In this document: piece after piece, positions 1-7,830 of the stretch | How the letters are laid out: each line of letters starts with the position of its first letter | Numbering within the stretch: the first letter of the stretch is position 1 | Assembly: GCA_000934665.2 (NCBI GenBank) | Contig: KZ538880.1 | Coordinates: 1-42,854, forward strand | Direction: 5' to 3' | Source of the DNA: Catajapyx aquilonaris | Taxonomy: Eukaryota | Length of the DNA stretch: 42,854 bases | Notes under the pieces: generated by a model | Databases searched by the model: none | Seen by the model: only the letters and a program-made list of their open reading frames with translations | Told to the model about the DNA's origin: nothing | Position numbers and translations under genes: made by a program

Positions 1-79
1 AAATTTTTGGCAAATTCTCAAACCATGTTGTCTTTTTGACAAGTGAAAAAATACTTTATATGGCGAGGCTGGGGGTGGT

Positions 80-561
80 GTGATACGTGTCTCTTTTTTT
101 GAACCCTCTAGTGCGGAGGAGGAGAAACAATTGTTTTTTTTTTGTCAATTATTCAGTACGGCTCAGTTTTTCCAGGCATTCCTACGTTTTTTCATATGCA
201 CATTTTGTACAAAAAAAAAACAAACAAACAACTGGTTATTTCTAGTGTATGGATGTATTGTACTATACAATAAAAAAAAAGGTATGTGTGGTTGTTACAT
301 TCGTGCAAAAAAATTATTGCAATACCACCTGACCTGTAATACATCATATAAATAATTATATGTAAACAAGATTGCAAATTACGTAACAAATATAATACAA
401 ATTATATAAAGAACGATAGCCTGCATCTGGCCTACATAAATAATGTGATCTTTTTAAAAATTATAAGACTACAATTCAACAAATTTAGGTAAATCAGAGC
501 CATCTACCCGGTGGTATGTGCAAGTGAGCAGAAGCACGTGTCTTTTTGACCCTGATAGTAC
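80..561. repeat. Non-coding segment duplicated at ~2695-2940 and 3409-3473 (tandem duplication unit)
   Basis: Colinear shared blocks: cgtgtctcttt..tgaaccct, ctcagtttttccaggc..ttcctacgtttt, atgcacattttgta, acca(c/t)ctgacct, cagagccatctacc, aagcacgtgtctttt, gatagtac. Confidence 0.8.
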
Positions 562-760
562 CCTGAGATATGACAGGAGCATTTTGCATGGGGGGAAGTC
601 CCCCTCTCACAGCCAAGCAGGAAGTATGAGAGCCACACATTGCATTGGAGTGAGGGGAAGGTTTCGCTGACAGCAAGTGTCAAATTTGCTGTGAGTTTGT
701 TGTATTGAGACATGAACGCTATAGGTGTTAACAGATGCAATTTTCTCATTTGAGATAAAA

Positions 761-2583
761 ATGGAGAGCAACGTTGCTGTCCTCAACCAGGCCAAGTTGT
801 ACATACGGTCAACGCTGCTGGCCGAGAAGGACGTAAGTCGTGCGGTGCAAAGTTGTGATATAATAATAAGGATTTTTGATATTTCCAGGGTCTGTCTCCC
901 AGCAAGTTGATGGGGTTGTATCGTGATATGGTGGGCCAGGACGTCCCTTGGAAGATACTAGGGTACGGCTCGGCCTTGTCCTTCCTGAGGTCCATACCCG
1001 ACACGGTGCAGGTCAGGGAATGCGGAGGGGAAGTCATGTTGATGTGCGTGGCTGACGCTTCCACTGCTCATGTGAAGGAGCTGGTCGACAAGAGCAAGAA
1101 GCGTCGTGCGAAGAAGTCTCGCTCTGGGCGGGCCCAGTGCAAGGGGGTATCTCCACCGGAAGAGAGTAGCACCCAGGATGCTCCAATTGTGAAGAAGAAT
1201 GCCATCAGTCAACCTAGACAAGGTAATAACCTGACTCGTATGTAGGAGGCGAGTGCATAGAATATATGGAATGTATTTTCACATTCCAGAAAAAATGGAT
1301 GACAATGCTGCGTCTGTGATCAATGAGACCAAGATGTACATACGGTCAATACTGCTGGCCAAGAAGAGACATGTAAGTCATGTGCCTTGTAATTTACTAT
1401 TACTTAATGTTCATGGTATTATGCATTATTTTGGCAATTTCAGTGTCTGAATCTCATCTGGTTTAGAAAGTTGTATCGTCGTAAGGTCGGCCAGGATGTA
1501 CCGTGGAAGCGGCTGGGATACAAATCAGTCGTGTCCTTCCTGAAGGCCATACCTGACACGGTGAAGGTCCAACAGTGGGGAGGGGGAGTCATGTTGAAGT
1601 GCGTGGCAGACGCTTCCACCCCGCATGGGAAGGAGCTGGCAGACAAGAGCTGCAGCAACCATTGCTCTGGCCGTGCCCAGGACCAGGGCGTACTGCTTGC
1701 ACCGAAAGGGACGTACGCCACGGTTGGGAAGAATACTATCATCAGTCATAATACCCCAACAATAACAGTATCTCCGACCTGTGCCAGACTCCAGGCCAAT
1801 TTAATCGAGATCACCCCTAGAGCTGCCACTGCCAGTCGTCCCATCCATCCCACCCCTGGCGGTATACGAGGCCCCCAAGCAGGTGTTGCATTCACCTGCC
1901 CTGTACAGAAACTGTTTGAACCTCAGGCTGACACAGTCCGGCCTCGGATCCAACCTAGTTCTGCCCCGAGCCGACTTCCACTCTCATCCGACTACTCGTC
2001 CACCAATTCCAAGGAAGGTTGGGCGCCTGCGAATGCAAGCGCAGGCACATTAGTAGACCAGAATGAAGTGGACCAGAGTTCGTCATCGCCTGAACAGGTC
2101 AGTCAGGTTTCTGTAGTGGTAATAGGTAATCCACATTCGCCGGTTCTGTAGGTAGCGAATGACATCACCGAGTCAGAAGTTGGCGTGTCCGGCGGGACCA
2201 AGATTCTTCCCGAAACCTTTGATGACATCCTGGCGGAAGTCGTGAGTCCGGAGATACTCTCTCAGATCCGTGCCATGCTTGCTCAGCATCCGGAAGGGAT
2301 CGCCTCAAAGCAGCTCAGGCAGCTGTACAAGGAGACGTACGGAGCTGACCTTCCTCGTGCCGAGCTGGTATGCAGCACCGTCCAGCAACTGACTCCGCAT
2401 CTGTCCGCTGTGGTGACACTACTGACGGGCCATACAAACGGACAGGTCCAGGAAAGCAAAGTAAAAAATGTACAGCCACATACCACGCCAGCTAAACCGA
2501 TATTTGCAATTGCACTTGCCTCGCTCACAGTGTACCTCATTACCCGTTGGCGTGGTAATAATAGCAAGTACGGAATTTACTGA
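761..2583 (+). CDS. LOTUS-only paralog of the TDRD5-like gene (partial tandem duplicate): eLOTUS-eLOTUS-Pro/Ser linker-LOTUS-hydrophobic C-tail, ~524 aa
   Basis: Exons 761-832, 889-1222, 1290-1372, 1444-2097, 2152-2583. All introns are GT-AG (56, 67, 71, 54 bp) and the joined 1575 nt are stop-free. MESNVAVLNQAKLYIRSTLLAEKD/GLSPSKLMGLYRDMVGQDVPW and MDDNAASVINETKMYIRSILLAKKRH/CLNLIWFRKLYRRKVGQDVPW both match the N-terminus of the 6112 gene. KILPETFDDILAEVVSPEI...QHPEGI matches its exon 5. It could instead be two separate or pseudogenised copies. Confidence 0.65.
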
Positions 2584-3408
2584 CTGGTACCCTCATTTTT
2601 GCATTGCCAGGCCATTTCGCACATGGGAAGGGAGGAATTCTCAGCCGTGTTGAATGGTCTTTATTACGACGGGTGAACTTATTTGTATGGCCAGGCGATA
2701 CAGCGTGTCTCTTTCTGAACCCTAATTTTTGCATGACGGCAAAAGGGGGTCGAACAATTTCTTTACATACCCGGTATTCAGTGATTACGCCTCAGTTTTT
2801 CCAGGCGCGTTCCTACGTTTTCTCATACTATGCACATTTTGTAAGGAAAAGCACTTGTGTACGCACGTGTTGTACTATACAGTTAAAAAGATTGTTATTT
2901 TTGAATAAATTAATTGCTACACCATCTGACCTCCAATAAATAATATTACATAACAAAATAAATAAACACGTTTCAGCTATATTTTTAATTATAATAATGC
3001 TTGTTTCACCAACTATATTAGAATTTATTGCTATATACATATATTCGAATGATCATCGAATTTATGAATATTCGAATATTTATTTTTATAATTTAAATTT
3101 AAAAAAATCGAATGAATTTAAAGATTTGAATGAACAACTATTTCATAAACATTGAAATTATAAAGGTATTACAATAAAATAATGTTCTATGTTATTTATT
3201 ATATTAAGTAAATTTGCAATGTATAATATAAAATATTAATAAGACTGCATACAATAATATTTTAATGCAAATAAATAGAATAAAATAGTATATTACATAA
3301 TGCAAATTATAAATGCAGCCTTAAAACTTCGAAGTACAAATAGCAAGAAGGGGTGGATTGCTGGAGTCGACAACGCATGACGACCGTATTTTCATTTACG
3401 GTATAAAG

Positions 3409-3473
3409 CAGAGCCATCTACCGGGCGCATGCGCAAAGTGAAAAAGCACGTGTCTTTTAGACGCCGATAGTAC
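3409..3473 (+). promoter_or_regulatory. Putative promoter-proximal block of the TDRD5-like gene (CTCF-like GCCATCTACCGG, NRF1/Ewg-like GCGCATGCGCA, E-box CACGTG)
   Basis: The block is conserved with 495-561, which lies ~200 bp upstream of the duplicate's ATG. Motif matches were made by eye only. Confidence 0.4.
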
Positions 3474-3629
3474 TTCTCAAATTTGCTCTTAAAAATTACG
3501 GGAAAAAACGTAATTTAAATCCGCTTTAAAAAAATCGTACAACAATTTGCGAATTATTTGTCAGGGGACGGTCTTAAGCGCTAGTGCACAGTTCGCAGCG
3601 ATCCGGTCGCAGTAGCGGTACTTTATCCT

Positions 3630-3774
3630 AATTAGATCAAAAACTTTCCCTTCGGTAAAAAAAAAAAGATAAGTAAGACCTCCGCGGCGGAATAAAAGTA
3701 CTGAAACAAGGCAGGCGCACGTAAGACCTTCACCAATTGATTTAAGCTGTACCATAGGTCTTACTCAAGCAATT
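3630..3774 (-). mobile_element. Inverted ~145-bp copy of the 5' end of the Helentron/DINE-1-like element at 4232
   Basis: Near-perfect reverse complement of 4232-4376. Confidence 0.75.
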
Positions 3775-4231
3775 TCCAATTCACTGCTCATGAAGTCTCC
3801 TTTCTGAAACAAATCTGTGGAGTTTCTGTCGTACTACTAGTTACTTCTAACTTGGCAGTACCAGTGTAGTGCAATGGTACTGCTAAGTTAGCAGTATTAG
3901 TTTTCCATGAGCCACTCCATATTAGTGTTTTATGAAATTAGGAACTTCAATATTAAGCACATTGAATTTCTATGCGATTAGTGCGAATTATTGCCATGAA
4001 ACATTAATGCAGAATCGTCACCTCTTTTAGATGCTGATTTTAACTCTAACGTTTAATTTTTCACATATAAACGTTAATTGGTGAATTTTAGAGGGTATGG
4101 TTGGACCAAGTCCGTTAGAATGGGTTTAGTCTTTTTCCCCAATTTTTTTCTTTTCAAAATAAAACCCTACATATACTACTCTGAGTAGTATGCAGCAGTC
4201 ATTTTACGAGCCGTTCCATACCGTACTTGAG

Positions 4232-5195
4232 AATTGCTTGAGTAAGACCTATGGTACAGCTTAAATCAATTGGTGAAGGTCTTACGTGCGCCTGCCTTGT
4301 TTCAGTACTTTCATTCCGCCGCGGAGGTCTTACTTCTCTTTTTTTTTTTACTGAAGGGAAAGTTTTTGATCTAATTTCAGTTCTTTTTTGACAGTACACG
4401 TAACTTATGCTCTACACTATACAGTCTGCACTATGAATGCATTGGAGACGATTTTTGTCGCTTAGAAGTCCCTAAAATTATTTGCACAGAGACAGTCGTA
4501 AAAAAAACCAAAGAGGAGTGCTACCAGCCAACGGTTAGTCTGATTTAATTATTATGAAATAGCCTATACGCTAAAGTATACGGAGTATATACATTGAGAA
4601 CTGTACCAGACGATACATAAACGCAAAGGTACATTAAAGTTGGGTGAAAACCCAACGGCGACAGTACGACTCGGCGTCGCTCATCTTGTCCTCCTTTGAC
4701 CCACAACAATATATGAGGTGGTAAACAACAACTGACGTTTCTAGGTGATGGCCTCATGAACAAATGAAGTAATGACAGAAAAAATACGAGGTAAAAAAAT
4801 CACAGCTCCAATCCTGTACCATAGGGAACTGTGAGATTTTGAACATAGATCCGCACCAGCATCCTACTGCACCTTCGGCCCTTATTGACGAAGAAACCAA
4901 ATTCCGAATAGTTATTGAGCAAAAAAATTGACACGTATTTTTTGGTGGTTGTAAATTTTTTGCGGCGTTTTGAAGAGGAATTAAGTAAAAGTGTAAATGG
5001 TAGGAAATCAAGTCACGACGGTGGAAATCTGTGTTCAAAATTTGGAAGCTCTACCTACAGCAGAATCTGAGTTAGGGCGATTGAAAAAAAACGTAACAAC
5101 AACAACAAGAAGAAGAAGAACCAGGAAAAATTCATTGTTGAAGCATTGTTGCAATCTATGATGCTACGGTCTTACTTAAGGGCTATCGCCCTTAA
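4232..5195 (+). mobile_element. Non-autonomous Helentron/DINE-1 (HINE)-like element
   Basis: 5' subterminal repeat AGTAAGACC has local inverted partners (GGTCTTAC). An (AAC)n(AAG)n microsatellite lies at ~5095-5120. The 3' GGTCTTACT is followed by the hairpin TAAGGGC-tatc-GCCCTTA and an A-run. No ORF or long TSD. Confidence 0.55.
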
Positions 5196-5275
5196 AATGC
5201 AAACAGCCAACTGCAGTATCGGCTATTTTAGAGAACCGCGATGTGATTCCTGTCCACTAATTTTTTCCTCTTTTC

Positions 5276-5616
5276 CAACGAGATAGAATAGGGTAGAGGC
5301 CGTAAAGGTCACGTGATCCTTGGCGGCCATGCCACTTCACGGCAAGAACGTGCGCTCATTTGAAATTGCCGTATTTCTAACCCTGTTCTCCTCTGTCTAC
5401 ACTCCTGCCTCCTGGCGGGGGGGTGGGAGTAAATAAAAACGTCCCCAGACAGCCTTTTCTTCCTAGTCCCGCCAGGAGGCAGGAGAGGAGTTAACAGGGT
5501 TAGCGATACTACAAATTTCAAAGTTCTTGCCGTGAAGTGTCATGGCCGCCCGATGGCCGCCATTTTGCTTCAATGATGTCCGACCTGTACGGCCTCTACC
5601 CTATTCTATCTCGTTG
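5276..5616. mobile_element. 341-bp foldback MITE, P-element- or hAT-type (8-bp TSD)
   Basis: Perfect 29-bp TIRs CAACGAGATAGAATAGGGTAGAGGCCGTA (5276-5304 / 5588-5616). TSD CTCTTTTC at 5268-5275 and 5617-5624. Further internal inverted blocks at 5322-5349 / 5523-5550. Confidence 0.9.
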
Positions 5617-6111
5617 CTCTTTTCCTTTTTTTTTTTTCTTCTTCTTAAATTTTTTTTTCTTCTTTTCCCTATTCTTTTGTTGGCTAAAGGTCTCTAGCTC
5701 TCCCAGCAGCACATGTCGGGCGTCTGTGGGGATCATCTGGTGTGGTCCAGGCGCCTCCCACGTCCAGCCCAGCAGGCCCAGCTACACTGTAGGAGGAACA
5801 GGGGGCCTTAGGGGATCGAGCCAAAAGAGGGTGTAAGAGTTACGCCACACTGGGTTCAGGTTACGCCAGACTTACAACGGGTTCAGACAGAAGAAGAACA
5901 GCTGCTGGGGATGAGGCGTGGCTCACCCTTTTCCCCATGCAAGGGAACCGGGTCCGCACCCGGCCCACTTGTCGGCTGCGGAACAAGTGGACCGGGTTGA
6001 CGAGCTGTCGTCTCATCCCGAAGCGCGTGTCTCTCACCCGACATTTGTTGAAGGAGTAGTTAACAAGCAGTACATTTGTTGATGACACTGGCCCACATTT
6101 TCCAGGTGAAG

Positions 6112-7772
6112 ATGGAGGGCAACGCGGTGGCGTTGCTGAACGAGGTGAAGATGTACATCCGGTCTACGTTGCTGGCCGAGAAGGACGTGAGTTTGGCTCC
6201 ATAGCGTACCTAGCGTCCTGATGATTCGGGTTGTGATTTCAGGGTCTGCCGCTCCACAAGTTCAGAGGGTTGTATCGTGATATGGTGGGACATGATGTGC
6301 CGTGGCAGCGCCTGGGGTACGACTCGGTCGTGTCCTTCATGAGGTCCATACCAGACACGGTGCAGGTCCGGCAGTACGGAGGGGAAGTGGTGTTGATGTG
6401 CGTGGCGGACGCATCCACCGCGCATGTGAAGGAGCTGGTCCAGAAAAGCCGCAGCAATAGCAGTCGTTCTAAGAGGTCTCGCTCTGGCGGGTCTCACTTG
6501 GGCGGATCTCACTTGGGCGGATCTCGCTCTGGCGGGTCTCGCTCCGGGGGCTCTCGCTCCGGTGGGCCTCGATCCAGCGGGTCTAGCTACAGCCGTACGA
6601 CCCAGTACCCGGGCGTACCTCCACGGCTTACGCCGGAAACGAGACGAGCCCAGGTTGCTCCAATTGTGAAGAAGAATGTCATCAACCTCCTAAGGTAACG
6701 GTCTGATCCAACCGTGTTCAGCGGGAAGACTAATTGACATTCTCTTGCAGGATACACACCCAAGGATTGTCCTACGCCGAGCTGTTGAGGCAGTACAAGG
6801 CCAGCTTCAAGATGCAGCTGGAGCTGATCGTTGCGGAGTATGCGAGTCCGGATCAGTTTGTTGATATTCTCCGCCCCGAAGTTACCACCACTCAAGTCCA
6901 AGGAGTTCACAAAGTGATTCTGTGCGGTGAGTACCTTTGTATGTCATCTTGAATTCGGTTTTTTAATTATATATTTCAATTTCGTGACTTGAAACCTGCA
7001 GGTGTAGGTCGGTGGAGTGTCTGGCCGGAATCTAATTAGCGTGAAGATAATTAGGGAGCATGTAATGTGTTGGTTTCAGGTTTCCAGCATGCATGTCGAA
7101 GCGGAATAATGTGGGCACAGCACTTTTCCAACTGCTCTCATTTTTTTTTGCTGCTCGAAAGTGCTGACTAGTTGTCTCCAATCGTTATTTTCAAGGGATT
7201 CAAGGTTCCTCGTAAACTTCAGTTGACCTTCAGACTTTTGTTCAAACAGTTGTCAGTGAACCTAAGGGCGATTATATTCTTGGTTGTGAGTCGTTTGCTA
7301 TTGCAGGTAACGTCAGAAGAACGACGGCAACAAGAGCATTTCCGTCTCATGCCAGCCCCCCCATCAACTTCAACGGCTTCATGTGGAAAGCTGTTCCGCC
7401 TGTGCCCCCGCCTGCGTTCAGCCCTAGAGAACCTCCGCCTCCCAGTCTTCCCATCCGTGCCAACCCTGCCCCTCTCCTAGGTCCTCAAGCAGGTAGCGCA
7501 TTCACCTGCCCTCAAGTAGGTAGCGCATTCACCTGCGCTGTACAGAAACCGTTTGAACCTCAGCCTGTCCGGCCCAGACCCCAGCCTAGTTCTGTCCGAA
7601 TGCGACCTCCTCCGCCTCCGCTCTCTGAGTCATCAGACACCTACTACTCATCCACCGACACCGAGGAAGGCTGGACACCTGTCAACACAAGCACAGGCAC
7701 AATAGTGGGACAGACCGAGGCGGATGAGAGTTCGCAATCACCTCAACAGGTCAGAGGATTTGTGTGCAGTTA

Positions 7773-7830
<58 letters not shown>

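Noticed and set aside
761..2583. oskar ortholog
   Set aside because: No SGNH-like OSK domain is present, and the exons are clearly derived from the adjacent TDRD5-like gene.
3040..3130. TTCGAA cluster resembling heat-shock elements
   Set aside because: The spacing does not form a proper alternating nGAAn array; more likely an AT-rich repeat remnant.
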